Source: Octopus vulgaris (Eukaryota). Taken from it: a stretch of 64,000 nucleotides of DNA. The notes under the pieces are model-generated. The model was not told the DNA's origin. It worked only from the letters and a program-made list of their open reading frames with translations, and made no database searches. This document shows positions 39,580 to 54,370 of the stretch, piece after piece (the first letter of the stretch is position 1; each line of letters starts with the position of its first letter). A program made the position numbers and the translations under genes. The stretch lies in the NCBI GenBank assembly GCA_951406725.2, contig OX597832.1, positions 66,650,001 to 66,714,000 of the forward strand, read 5' to 3'.

Positions 39580-40084
39580 TGATTGGAAGTGTTATCATGT
39601 ACATTGTTTTGTCTTGGTATAAAAGATGGGCTACAGCAAATATTCTGCTCAATACCACAGATTTGCTTGTCAGTTGTTTGACCTTAACCAGTTGAGCATG
39701 TCCCTTAGTGGCTGACGATATGTGCATCTCTGATCATGAGCAGAAGTAGTGGGGAGCATCATAGCCATGTGTTGAGAGGGATTCTTTGGGGTTTGAATAG
39801 TTCACCTCTGGAAACATGGGTGGTTCTTTCAACATCCTTAAACAACCCTTATTCAGGGACCGTTTGAGCGGGATGGGCTACTCAACCTGAAGAAAATTCT
39901 AACTGGGCCCCACCTGCAAGGTCATGTGCTGTTTATCTTGATATGAGATCACCATGTCGCGCACATATGGTTGTGATGCATGTGCCTGGTGTACCTTTAT
40001 CAGACGGGTAGTCATGATGGGTATATTGGGCTTCGTATATTTTACCCCAGTGTCACTTTGATGGCATGAACTGCTCTCTCACTC
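39579..40084 (+). mobile_element. ~505-bp non-coding, GC-richer insertion flanked on both sides by (AAT)n; probable 3' end of a TAA-targeting retroelement
   Basis: Sharp compositional boundaries and (AAT)n immediately on each side; no convincing ORF. Strand is inferred. Confidence 0.6.
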
Positions 40085-40745
40085 AATAATAATAATAATA
40101 ATAATAATAACAAAACAACAATAATGATATTAATAATAATAACAATGATAATAATAATAACATAATTCACTGAAAGTAAATCGAATAGCGTAAAGACAAT
40201 TGTAGCTGGATAAAGAATGATTTTTTGACATTTTCCATTTCTTTTTAACCTATATTTCATGCTATCCTCCAATTAAGAGCAGAAACATTGAAAACAGAAC
40301 TGAATTTCATTTGACCCATTTAAGATTTTAGTTTCGCCTAAAATGTGTTTTGTTTATTTACCGCTGAGCAGGAACGTCATTAAGAAACAATCAATATTTT
40401 CAAGCTATTTATTTCTGAAGGTGTTTCCTTCCGAAACATACAAACGTGAACGCTGCACATTCAAGAATATACAACGCACTCACACTCATGCACAAATACA
40501 CACAAAGCTCCAACGACACATTAAAACGCTCACGCATGCTCACACATACATATATATATATACATATGCATATATATATATGTATATATATATATACATG
40601 TATATGTTTATATATATACATATATATATACACATATATATACACCTTTAAATTTATATATATATATATTATATACATATATATATGTATATATGTATAT
40701 ATACATGACTGTATGTATATATACATATATACATATATGTATATG

Positions 40746-40826
<81 letters not shown>

Positions 40827-41399
40827 CGCGTGTGTATGTGTGTGTGTGTGTATGCATACAAAACATGATGCACCTGCATGCGTTTCGCGTAGAATTGAAT
40901 GTTTAAAACCACTTAACCAATATAATCTTAGAATTCTGAAAAACATATACTGCATGATATCTCTTTAAATCTTTAATGAGTGATTATATTTGTTGCTATA
41001 TCGTTGATGAATTATTTCATTTGATCAATTATAGATAATTGATGAGATTTTCGTAAATGACATATGTGCCTCACAAAGTAGAATTTTTATCACAATGTTT
41101 TTTTAAATATGGTTATTGTCACTGTAGATGTCACTGAATATAGGAAACACATACCAGGAAACACTCATTTGCATAGGAATATGGACGATTTTATATATCA
41201 TATTTGATACACACACACAGAGATATAAAGAATTTGGAGGAGCTTTCTATTCCTATATATGAACGTCTTGTGACTCTACTATTGCACGTGAAATGTGGGT
41301 GGTTTGCAACATTAATAAGTACCTATGGAGACACTTTGACTAGTTCTGACGAAGATAAAATAATATTTTTATATCCAGCTGAGAGCCATAGTTAGGAAA

Positions 41400-42230
41400 A
41401 ACCCATTTCTGGTAAAGTTATTCGATTGGGTGATTTCAATGCCAGAGTTGGAACAAACTGGCAAATATGTAACTCTCTAGGACGTTTTGGTGTGGGGAAA
41501 ATGAATAGCAATGGTCTGATGCTGATGGAGCTTTGCGATGAACACGTACTTTGCCTCGCAAGCACTCATTTTTATGCACAAAGGTGATCACAAAACAACG
41601 TGGATGCATCCAAAGTTTAAAGTTTGTCATTTGCTGAATTGTCATCATCCGCAACTATGGCATCAATGGCATTTGTAATGTCAAGTCCTTTCATGGTTCG
41701 GAATGCTGGACAGACCACAGTCTTGTTCGAGCAAACTTCCGGATGATAAGTGGAGTGAAATAGAGAAGAAGGCCAATTGGCATTTCTCCGTGTTTTAATG
41801 TGTCCACAAGATATGTGAAGCTGTGTTGAGGAGGGTGCTTCAGACCCGCTTGTCCAGCATTGAAAATACTACAGTATATGAAAATGTTCTCCACTGTGAT
41901 GCTGAAACACTTGGATATGCTACTGCCAGACTCAGAGACTGGTTTTATGAAAAAGATGCTTAAGTCCAGCCACTATTGGTTGTAAAGCCCACAATGTATT
42001 TCTGCACAAAGGACTTTCAGCTGTACAGCTAAGTCTAGCACTAACCCACTATACTGCAGCAATTTCTCAGGAAGATGCAGAACACTCAGTGGGAGGATGT
42101 TGCTTGTGATGTTCAGGCTGCTGGACATTTTCCCACTCTTCTTAACATGAAGCCAATGGCAGCCTTAATTCACAAAGAAAGAAATTATTTATCTACCAAT
42201 GCATTGTTGAGCACTCATTCCAACGTTTTC
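41400..42230 (+). mobile_element. RTE-clade LINE fragment (AP-endonuclease region)
   Basis: LGDFNARVG...LGRFGVGKMNSNGLMLMELC...HKTTWMHPK...GSECWTDHSLVRA...RLRDWFYEKD. Confidence 0.9.
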
Positions 42231-42250
42231 CTTGTACATATGTGTGTGGC

Positions 42251-42362
<112 letters not shown>

Positions 42363-43149
42363 TAGCATCAGAGCTAAGCGGTGGTGGAAATAGTCGAAAT
42401 TTAGGTTATTTACAACTTGTTTGTGACATATTTTAACTTATAGAGGCAAATTCATTATCGTTACCGCGCAGAAAATAATCTTTCTTCTGGCTTATTATAA
42501 AAGGCACGATACCTATGATAACAACACCAAGCATTTATTATGAAGAAACAAAATTTAGATTAATCCAATTACATTTTCTGACACGGTAATTGTCGTGAAT
42601 TTTCTTTAGAAAGTAAACTATATTACAGACCTATTTTAATTAACACAAAGTCATACTAACACACACACACACACATTCTCACACAGGCACATACATTCAC
42701 TCACATGCATATAGAGATAATGATGCAAATAACCAGATAAAATCGCTGACGATAGATATATGAAATATACATTCACATATACTAATAAATATAAAGAAAT
42801 GCAAAACTGAAACCTGTAGACGGAATCCGGTAATGCCTAATGTTCATATGCTGCCAATACTGGTTGCATATCTGGCTTTTCGCGAACTACTTCTAACAAA
42901 TCGACGTCGGACCTGGAATACACTGCTTCCTCTCCTCCATTTTTAGCGTCTTTGTAGTTTATATAATTCTGTTCTTTTAGTATAAAAAATATTCAAGCAT
43001 AACAGTTCATTGTCTGACTATTTTCAGTCTTTGCTTTCTCTCTATTTACATGTATGTATATCTTGTATACCTATCCCAAGCGAGTTTATTTGTTTATTTG
43101 CAGCATTATCTTCATATCCGCTCAACTATGTTCCCCTTATAGCCCTTTC

Positions 43150-43865
43150 TTTACCTTCTTCGTAGTTTTCAGAAGCCTAATTTCTCGACATTGATATTTA
43201 GGCAATTTTTTACATATCCCAGGGCACTAACAGTTACAGGTATAAACCGGAACTTTTAATCTGGATAGAGTAACTGCAGATTTCACAATAGTTCAGCATA
43301 GGTGTTCTCATTTTCATTGAGCTTCAGCTTTAGTATAACATCAGCTGGACAGCTAATTTCCACAATTGTGCACAGTTTCTCTTCTCCATCCCAAATCATT
43401 ATATCAGGTCTGTTCTGCTTACATGTTATTGAGGTCTTCACTGATACATTCAACCTATAGTCCATTTTATTATTAGTGCCTGTGGCTTCTGTCATATTGT
43501 GGATTCTTATTTATTTTCCTCAGGATTATCATTCCAACGGATTTCATTATAGAGTGTCCTAGCTACAACATCATGTAGCATCGGTAGATAATACTGTGAT
43601 GACATTTTCAGACAACTGCTTATGATATGCATGGTATCTACAGTCATAATTTTGCGGTTTTTCCTGCATCTCAATCACTTTTGTGCATCAGGTACTTGGT
43701 TGATATTTCCTGTTCCTGGATTGCAAACCTTATATTTTCTGCCTTACCTCTGATATCGTGTTTCACCAATTTAATAATTGAAGTTTTACTGATTAAGTCA
43801 TTAAATTGCATTACGTTCTCATACAAAAGATTAAACATCCCATGAAACGGCATCTTGTTCTGGTA
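43150..43865 (-). mobile_element. 3' fragment of an RLE-type non-LTR retrotransposon (third family)
   Basis: FAIQEQEISTKYL; YYLPMLHDVVA; KQNRPDIMIWD..KLCTIVEISCPAD; FIPVTVSALGYV. Confidence 0.85.
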
Positions 43866-44295
43866 TCAGGCTTGAAAGTTCAAGATTTTCAGGGAGTGAA
43901 GAGATACTCCATGTTTACGACTACTCACATATAGATTCCGACCCGTGTGGTCGGTGCCAGGGGGCTCTAATTATGGATTTATTGGCAGATTATGTTTTAG
44001 TGAACAAGGCATACAGTTCTCTTTCGAAGCGATTACGCATTATACAACGCTTTGGTTACCAATCGGTCAACTTATCTTGACGTTACGTTGACAAATCCCC
44101 TTCCCTGGAAGAGTTAAATATTGTAGGTGCTTCAAGACATTTGGTGGTTATCACAGTAAGTTCCAAACAATCTGTCAACGGGAATCCGCTACAATATATT
44201 CCCCAAGAAATGTCATGAATCTTCAGACTTTATCATGATCGCTGCCACTGTAAATGTCACGCTGGAGGAGGAGGAGAGGAAAGATGGAGAAACAA

Positions 44296-44337
<42 letters not shown>

Positions 44338-44649
44338 AAAAAACATGGGGAGAGAGAGACCAATGACTATGAGTGAGAGATCGTATTAAAGGAAAATATG
44401 TGAAGTACTATCACCAAAATAAGTCAGTTTCGCCTAAAGAATTAGTGATTATATATATTTTATAGTTATATGTGCATCGAAGAAAACTGTTATTTACATT
44501 TCAAACACTAAAAAATATATACAAAACATATCAATTTTATTACTTTTTTATTACTTAATTTCTGTCTGATGCTGCATTTTGGTCGAAGTCGATTTCCAAC
44601 GTCCAGATAATTAGCAAATTATTGGTAAACTGGTATTTAATGCAGCGGC

Positions 44650-46050
44650 CTTGGTGCTATGAAATGCAAATTCAAACTAGTGTGTGCTTTAATGAAGGCT
44701 ATTTTAACATCCAAGTGTAGCAATCATGCTTAAATCTATAGACACTATGTCATATACCTATAATCGATATTATATCGGCATGACTTGAATAGCGTTTAAT
44801 TAAGTTTCATTCAAATTACTTCCAGGTATCCAGCCAACAAGGGATCCCCTCCAGGGTCTTAAAAGTACAATAAGCGATATTTCCGCCGAAAGTTACATCC
44901 TACTATCTTAAACAAATGTTATATTTGCTGATAGACATGAAAAATCGCAGATGGCAGCTCGCATATGTGTCGTTTATAAGCATATGTCTACTGAAGAAAC
45001 AGATGTTAATTCTGGAGTTAATTCTGGAGTTCTGCAAAAAGATGTAAAAAAAAATAAAGAGGAAAGAAAAAGAGATCTGTAAGGAATGTTGGTTATCTTA
45101 TGGCTGTGTTGCTTAGAAATAAAAGCAAGACTTTGGCAAGGTACTTCATAACGTCTCGGCTCGACTAAGTATTCGGAAATTCTACAAAAGGAAATGTATT
45201 GAATTACGTCGTGGGACAAATTTGTTTTATCGTGTTAGTCATCCAGTTTAACGTCACTAGTTAGGTTTTGTATAGCTATCAGAGTTTTCTGAGACCTAAG
45301 CATTTAGAAAATTTGTCTGAAGACAATTGCTTTTCCTGGTTCTCCTAGCTTAACTACTTGTCATAAATCTTCTAATTAATTAAAATTTCGAATTTTATTC
45401 GAGTTAAAACTATTAAATATAGTATTGATGCATGCACTGTAATTTGAAGGAAGCGTAGGAAAAATTTAATATTCCGGTTTAGAATGATGTTTGGTATACT
45501 TTGCAAAGATAGAAGCAAATTTTATATTCACTAAAGTCGACACAATTATCGATCGAATTTCTTCCCCTCCCAGTCTTAAAGATAGAGTTGCAGAAATGTT
45601 ATATATAAATAAGAATCTTCTGAAATTTGATTATGGTGACATATGTAAATTATTCCGAAACATGATGGAAAATATCGAGATATCTATTTGCACAAAGGGT
45701 CAGAAAGGTATGGTACTGATGCCCCGTTATCAAGAGTGTTATACATCGTGAAAGGTATCTTCAAGTTGGATCCTCAAAGACATAACACAGCCGTTGAGAC
45801 CAGTCAGCACTATATGATGTTCGCAGTGCATCGAAGGTTAGCAGAGAATAGTATTAAAAGAATTCTAACGTAAATCGGTGGTGAAAGGTTATCAAACACG
45901 TATACGAAATCACTAGTTCAAATATATCATATTCTATGATTGATGCCGAAGGTGAAATAAAGAACTACACACATTTTTCTTGCGCGGATAATTAGATAAA
46001 GGTATAAATATATATTCTACGAAAGATATGAAAATCTCCGGCTAACATAG
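44650..46050 (+). pseudogene. Possible decayed LRR/Toll-like receptor ectodomain
   Basis: Fragments IAFPGSPSLTTCHKSSN*L, EMLYINKNLL...LFRNM and RLAENSIKRI fit LxxLxLxxNxL; many stops. Confidence 0.35.
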
Positions 46051-46313
46051 ATATTCTACGTCTATTGAAATTCGTTGATCTTGTTTTACGTTTCTCTCCA
46101 TAAAATCTGACAAAGTTAAGCGACTATGTTTGTATGTATGAATGTATGTTTCCTTGAATTGACATACGCTTCCAAAGAAGCATGAATTTAAGCATAGGTT
46201 TATGGATGCATGCATCTAATCTGCCTGAATACACACGCATACACACACATACACATTCATCTATCCATCAATCCATCAATCCATGTGCACATACATTAAT
46301 ATATATGTGTCTG

Positions 46314-46430
<117 letters not shown>

Positions 46431-46540
46431 CATACATACATACAAACTTATACACACAGGTATATGAGTATGTATATCTTTAGATATTCCTGGGTGTTTA
46501 TGAGTTTATGAGTATGATTATTATTTTTTCATTTTCATGC

Positions 46541-46850
46541 AAAGGGTAAAGCCCCGCTTCGGTCATGAATGACCTCGGGACTTTATTTGGAAAGTTCCGC
46601 TCTGAGGCCAAGTCCAGGTAAGGTTGATTATGGAAGCCCAGCAGTTACCCGTGCAAAGCAACCTTCCATCTCCATGCCATCGATAATGACCAAGGGAAAG
46701 GTAAGAGCAGATATAGCTTGTTACCAGTGACGTGACAACTCATTTTTACAGCTGCGTGAACAGCTGCTCAAGAACACAGTACACGGCTTAGTTGTGGATC
46801 GAACTCACTACCTTATGTTTGTGAACCCGACGCTCAAATTATCGTTTAAC
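46541..46850 (-). mobile_element. tRNA-derived SINE (degenerate)
   Basis: Minus-strand head ...GTAGTGAGTTCGATCC (B-box), then TGTGTTCTTGAGCA...CAGCTGTAAAAATGAGTTG core-like segment. Confidence 0.7.
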
Positions 46851-47023
46851 ATTTATATTGCCATAAAACGCTTCCATAGAATATTCCTTTGCAACCGTCC
46901 ATGGTTACATAGAAAATCGTTTAAATTGTGTTCACACAAGAATAATGTTTGTCATGAAATCCAAGTTCACAAATAATCCTCACGTTATAATACTAAGCAC
47001 TGTCCACCTACATGTATCATTAC

Positions 47024-47078
<55 letters not shown>

Positions 47079-47482
47079 GCATATATATACACCCATGGAG
47101 GTTAGCAAATTTTTGCTCCTTAGTGTCTAAACATTCGGATGAATATGAGAAATTAATATAATGAAGTATTGCATCGAAGCGTATGTAGTTGATCAATTGA
47201 ACGTAAAGTATGTTCAAGAATTTGCTATTGAAATATTCCTCTTCTCTTCAGATGAATCTCATCGGGAAGGGAAGAAAATATGTTATGCTTTAGATACCAG
47301 GAATTAAAGGTGAGACTCTAAATAAATTAAATCACGAATTTATTAGAGATATGCTGCTATACGTATATGTAAATACATACATGCATAGATGGGTCCTCAT
47401 ATCTTTGTTGGAAACCGGCTCTCTCTTCAGTGGAAGATTTATGATAATTAAAAATATAGAAGTGACATGTATGCATACATAC

Positions 47483-47513
<31 letters not shown>

Positions 47514-47593
47514 AGAGAGTATGTTATGTATGCATCAAGATAGATAAATTGATAGCTAAAGTGACGGAATAGGAAATAGGTAGATAGATAGAC

Positions 47594-47674
<81 letters not shown>

Positions 47675-48252
47675 TATTGATAGATATATTGATAGATAGA
47701 TGCAGTTGTAGTGGTGCAGAGATTTTAAACATTAATAGAAGACGAAAGTAAGATTTCGATAAATATCGTTTATTGAGGATTTCAATTCCCTTCAGGAATC
47801 TATCATGAATGATGGGGTATTGAAAATTTATCTCTTTTATACATTTTCGAGTGAGTTGGAAAACAGTCGAGTTCAAGTATTTTCTAGGGTTTTAGAAAAA
47901 AGAATGGTTATTTGGGAGTGGATATTTGAAAGATTCTTTTTCCTTATAAATTAAGGTGTGCTTGTATGTAGGTGTGTGAAGCGAATTTTTAAATAAATCA
48001 TATATGCAAAATTTTTGGAGGCATGCTTAGAAAAAGAAGAATAAAATAATAGAGCACAAATGAATAAAGAAATATAAAGGGGTATTTCTGGAGGTATTTG
48101 AAATGGTGACAGGCCAGACATTTTTTAAATAGCAATAAATTTACTCACAGAATGAATGAGAGGTTTTTGGTTAGCTGTTAAGTTGTTTAGATATAGAATC
48201 CACCAAATTGTTTAGAAAGGCTTTTAAATGCATGTGTCTAAAAGTGCGTGTA

Positions 48253-48299
<47 letters not shown>

Positions 48300-49730
48300 A
48301 AGAGAAACTCTGTGTGTGTGTGAAAGAGTGTGTATGTGTATGAATGAGTATGTGTGTGAAAGGATGTGTTGCTTGGGCTAGAGATAAGTTTACCAATTAG
48401 TTTAGCAAAAGTAATAAGAACATCATTAACGATATCAAGTAATTGTTTGGTTTGATGAATTTAAAAAGACTTTTTATTAAATATTTTCTCATATTTTCAT
48501 AAATTTGTTTTTTTCCCTGTTAGTTTCTGAAGCAGTTTTCTAGAAAACGTATTTCTATTTCTTTCCTGTATTTCGGATCATACTTTAAGTAATTTTAGAA
48601 TTGGAATGCCTTAAGTCTGTTGTTTCAACATATTTCTACATGCTTGTAAAATGAGGCCTCACATACTTCTGGTTGATTAACATGTTATCTAAGGATTCTT
48701 TCAACTTGGCAGATGGAATTACCAACTTCCTCAATATAAATCTCTGTATAATTGGGGCATAATCTAATATATGAAGTATATTAATCTAATATATGCAGCA
48801 TATTAGATTATAAGTTTTACAGTTCATGTTTACATTTATTTCGAAATGTAATAATGTTTTAAATTTTACATGAGGACCGATATCAAAATATTTCATAGTG
48901 ATGTTGTCATTGCACTCACCACATCTATAGTCTCTGTTTTTCACGGTAAATTCAAAATTATCCTATAATATAAATTCTGCCCATGTCAGTTATGTTACAG
49001 ATTTTTGGTTAACGTTTTGCTATTCTTTATGTTATTTGGGGAATTTGACAAAGTTTTGGTAGGTGTGTTTCTATTGCATTGAATATGTTCGTAAACATAT
49101 TCACTTACGTATCTTTTGCTTAAAGGCTCATCACACACACATACACAGACGCAAAGATTCAACATGGCCAAACAATATCTCAAATAACCACACCTAAAGA
49201 TGCTTATTTTCTCAAAGTAAATATAACAATTTGAAATCTTTTTTCAACTAATTCACATATCAAGCGATAAATTATCAACTCAAATTTCATGATGGAACGC
49301 TGAAGACCATGGCAGGGCTAAATAAATAATAATCAACCAAAATTCTGAATAACTTCATTTATTAATGTATATATATATACATATATATACACGCATATAT
49401 ATATATATATATATATATAACATTATTGGTGAATTGAAGAAATGGAGCTGAACGCAGATTGAACAGAAATCGTTTTATTAATTTCAATTATCCGCACCAA
49501 CGCACGGTTGCAACACCATATGGTTGTACCTCCAACCGTGCTGTTTTACTGCTGTGATTTTTGCTACTAAGGTATCGGTTAAACTTTTGATTAATCTACT
49601 ACAAGATTATTCATCTTTCTATTTCACATAATATATATATATATATATATATATAGTAAATTCAAATAAACAATTAAAAAACAGAGAAAAAAAGAAAAAT
49701 GAACCTGAAAACGTGCAAAGAAATATATTA

Positions 49731-50762
49731 TCAGGTCATCTCATTAGCCCTGCTTGGATTTAGAATAAAGAAAACAAGTGTTAAAATATTATATTTAATT
49801 CAAATTGAATCATCAATGTATTTTCCCTAATTATCTATGACTTCCTTTTGGCTTGCGGAAGTTTCATCAAAATGATTCTGTAAACTACGAAACAAATGGC
49901 AGTCTGAAGGAGCAAAGTCGGGAGAATAAGGTGGATGAAGAATTTTTTCCAACGAAGCTCTTCGATCTTCTGTGATGTGATTCTTGCAGTATGAGGTCAC
50001 GCATTGTCCTGATGAAACATAATCCCTTTTCGATTCACTAAAGCGGGTCTTTTTCCTTCAAAACTTGGTTCAAACGCTCTAATTGCTGACAGTAGACTTG
50101 AGCACTGATTATTACATAAGGTGGTAATAATTCAAAGTTAATTACTCCTTTGCAATCCCACCAGTTACAGAGAAGTACCTTTTTCCCATGAAGTTCCCTT
50201 CTCAGTTCTGGTCGAGCTTTTCCCCTTGTACCAAGCCACTGTTTACGACGTTTAATATTTCGATAGAAGATCCATTTTTCGTCAACGGTCACAAGTTGTT
50301 GGTTTGAACTAAGATTTATTGCCAATTCTTCAACTGATAATGCAGGATTTTCTTCAAGTTATGATTCAAGGAGCTAATCATCAAATTCAACTGGATGTCC
50401 TGTTCGATCTTCATCTTCAAGGCTGAATATCTCCATTTCTGAATTTTGCAAACCATCTTCTGCAAGCATTCTTTCCTATAAATTGAGTGTATGTTTGGAG
50501 TCGCTTCGGCTACAGAGTTTCCTCATAAAGCATTGTGTGCCTCAAATCCCCTTTGAATACTTCCATGTTAGAAATGGTTTTAATCAAAGAAATTTTAATT
50601 CTATTATTCTGTAATTCTATTTAATTCTATTATTTAATTAGTTTAAATGTACACAAATGCATAGACATAATTTTTAATTCCACTACACATTCTAAAACAC
50701 TATTAAATTTCATTCAATTTTTAAAAAACGTAAAATCGGACAGAACTTATGGGATGACCTGA
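49731..50762 (-). mobile_element. Mariner element with both TIRs and TA target duplication; transposase defective and partly deleted
   Basis: TA|TCAGGTCATCTCATTAGCCCTG ... CAGAACTTATGGGATGACCTGA|TA. Minus strand VTVDEKWIFY...KKVLLCNWWDCKGVI, HQDNA*PHTA, HPPYSPDFAPSDCHLFRSLQN. Confidence 0.93.
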
Positions 50763-51025
50763 TAATTGGACATTCGGTGAAGGGAGAGAGTAGTTGTTAG
50801 CGTCTAGAGCGTAGCTCTTCTTTGGAAACAGGTGAGTCTGAAGAGAACGAAGGAAGAATAAGGAAATTTCGCCAACAGTTCACATGCGTTTACATTTCTG
50901 AAATTACATGCATATATGAGCGAGAGGTAGAGAGAAAAAGAGAGAGAGAGGTGATTAATTATGATCAAATGTGCGAAACACTAACTAAATAATATTCATA
51001 TAAACATCTGACTGCTTCCTTAGCA

Positions 51026-51080
<55 letters not shown>

Positions 51081-51605
51081 AATACATACTTATACACACA
51101 CACACACATACACGCCCGCTCACACTTACATGCACAAACATATATATAATAGGAACTCATTATGCCTTAAGTATGTGTAATAGCATGAGTTCGTATTGGT
51201 CCCTTTTGCGAAGACAGGTTAACCTCTGAAGAAAATGAAAAATAACGTATTTCATAGCAAAGTTTAAAATATAAAGGGTGATAGAGAATAGAACGGCGTA
51301 GTGAAGAAAGAACGATAAGAAAGAAAACGAAGAGAGCGAAAAAGGGAACTGTGGAGGTAATAAGAGATACAATTTAACATGATACTGGGACAATCGACGG
51401 CTCCTGGTGGACTGCCAGATTAAAGATAATAGCTGGGGAACCTATCGGCAGTAAGTATCTGGATCAAGACAAGTAGACTCTAAAGGATAAAAAGTACAAG
51501 CTAATAGATGTCCTGGGGAAGTACGGTGCATAATTTTGTTCTGAGACGAAACTCTGCATTCATGTGTAAGAATATGTGACACTTGTCGAATATCAAGAAA
51601 GTTTT

Positions 51606-51691
<86 letters not shown>

Positions 51692-53261
51692 TATATTTAC
51701 AACAGTAAAGTAGCTCTCCTTGTGCCTAGATTGACCACATATACAATGAATGAATGAAATCAAAGAAATGGGGTCCATAATGCTTAGTATATACATTGCA
51801 GCCGCCTGTAATATAGAAATAAAATGTGCTTTTTCTCTGCTGAATGTTAACTGACATATAACATTGAATGACGTTATAATAGTTAAGCGTATCAGCAACA
51901 TAGTAAGTCCCGATGTAAAGGAAGGAAGTTAATACATGTCAGCAGTTGCTTTTCCTAATTTGCAAATGTCATACTATAAAGAATTCTAGCTTCATCCCAG
52001 CAGTTAAATTTCCACACTTTCAAAATTCAAGTGATATTTCTATGAAGATATTTAAAACTTTATTCTAACCTCTTCAACAGCAACTTGGTGAAATAGCGTT
52101 ATCAAAAATTGCCTTGGTTTTTTTTCTATATAATGTGTTGTGAATACTTTTTAGCTTTTGGAACTTAAAATACGTAGTATATCCATACATGCATAAATAC
52201 AAACATACACACGTACATATATATTATACATTATATGTATATACCTACACACATATATTATATACACATATATAATGTATATATGTATATGCATGCATAT
52301 ATATATATATATGTATATACATATGTACATACATATATATCTATACGCATATATACAATGGTATATGCACACATATATATATACCTATATATCTTTATAT
52401 TTAAATATGTACGTGTGTGTGTTTATGTGTGTGTATGTATGTCTGTATATATGTGTGTGCAAGTTTATGTGTTTGTGTACTGATATAACACCACAATATA
52501 GATATATGTAGACGCACACATATGCACACACACACGCACACACACACACACATACGTACGCACAGACACATATATATATATTCATATATATATATGGGTG
52601 TATATATATATATATAATCATGTTTTTTTTCTTTTTTTATGTCCTAAAATATATTTTTGATTGAGATTTCTCTCGCAGATTTTAAAAGAGTTTAAGGATA
52701 CAGTTTAATCGTTGTAGGCTTGCATAAAATTTGATTTCCATCTTTCGATCTTAAGTTTTTTTCGCATGTCGTGTTTTTTTAATAGCGAAGATATTATCAG
52801 CTGCAATTTATAAAGCTCTACACATTTCTGTATTCGCTACTTCATAATATGTATGCACAACATAATGATTAATGTATTTAATGTATAAGATGTTCCCATT
52901 ATTGCAAGTGGTTATACACACGCTTGCTCACACATACATACACAAAAAAAGCATATGTACACGCGAATGTGAATATATACATATATACACTCACATGAGT
53001 ATATAAGCCTCCATGTATTTTTATGTGAGTAAATATATATATATATGTATGTGTGTATATATATATATATATATATGTATATTTATATTTATATATACAC
53101 ACTCACGCACACATATGTATGTGTGTATATGCATTATATATTATACAGTGTTTTTTATGTTAAATAGTTCCATATTGGCACAAAGGTGCTTCTTATTTCT
53201 AACACCCTTTTCTTCCACTCTCCTTCAGTTCAATTACTCTCTCCCTTTCTCTTTATCTCTG

Positions 53262-53337
<76 letters not shown>

Positions 53338-53349
53338 CGATACCATTGT

Positions 53350-54370
53350 CAAGTATACTTTAACCTCGGGTAGATCAGATTTTGTGAGTTCAATATGTAA
53401 ATGGATATGTTATGGAAGGCCGTCAAATGTAAATTTTGTAGTGTTGGGTAGCTGCCGTAGTGTTACAACATTAGACATCTCCAATATGTCGTGGGATTTA
53501 TTTAGTAGATCACAGTCTATTTCAAGCTTTAATTCCACGTCTTTTGCCAAAGAAAGCTTTGTTTTTTACGAAATGTTACTTGGGCTCTGAAGTGAAGCAC
53601 AGTTGCTAGTCTTCCTCTCCTGATTATACCTTTGAATATAATTAACTGAAGGTTACTGTCCATGCAGTTGCATTTGTTGAGCAGATAACGACTAGTCTCT
53701 AAGTGCTTCTTACCTCTCTTTGATAACACTCATGAAATAAACATTATTTTGGAAAGCTGACACCTAACTTTTTTTCCATCAAACTTCTTAACTAAAGTGT
53801 TGCACAATAGGACCGTGAGGTCACAGGTTTTACTAAGTAAATTTTTAAGTACGTATCCCTTTAACTTAAAGTTTTAAATTATATGTCACCTAACCAAATC
53901 TCACACAGAATTTTTCCATTAATTAAAAATTTTTGGAACTTTCAGAAAGAAAGAGCTCCTTTACGCTTTGATTAACAATTCTTTTCTGGAGAATTAGGCT
54001 GATGTGGGTTAAATGTAGCCTTCATTACAACAGAGTATCTAAGAAATGTTCCGCCATAAAAATATATTAACAGAAGCATATACTACCCTACGAAATATAT
54101 CTACACATTCTCTGGAGATCTGGTTTGAACACTAAGGTAGGCTGGTGTACAGAGTCTACATATCTTATAGGGTTTATTCATAGAAAGATCAGCAGTATTT
54201 ATACATATTTTTTCAATATCTTTCAGATTAGTGAAACGAAACGAGGAAAGTATCATCAGGTTGGACACCTGCACCGAATATTTATAGTAGAGTTTATCGC
54301 GAGCATTTGAGCATTTGAAAGTATTAAGTTCGTTTCGTAGGCAGAACCGTATCCTTCGCATCCACGTTCT
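53350..54370 (+). pseudogene. Possible decayed LRR/Toll-like ectodomain
   Basis: SVTTLDISN...ISSFNSTSF (ORF 53384..53590) and SRAFEHLKVLSSFRRQNRI (~54295-54352). Confidence 0.35.

Noticed and set aside
45491-45751. Gypsy gag-like (W)FAKIEANF motif
   Set aside because: No protease, RT, integrase or LTRs nearby; neighbouring fragments look more LRR-like.
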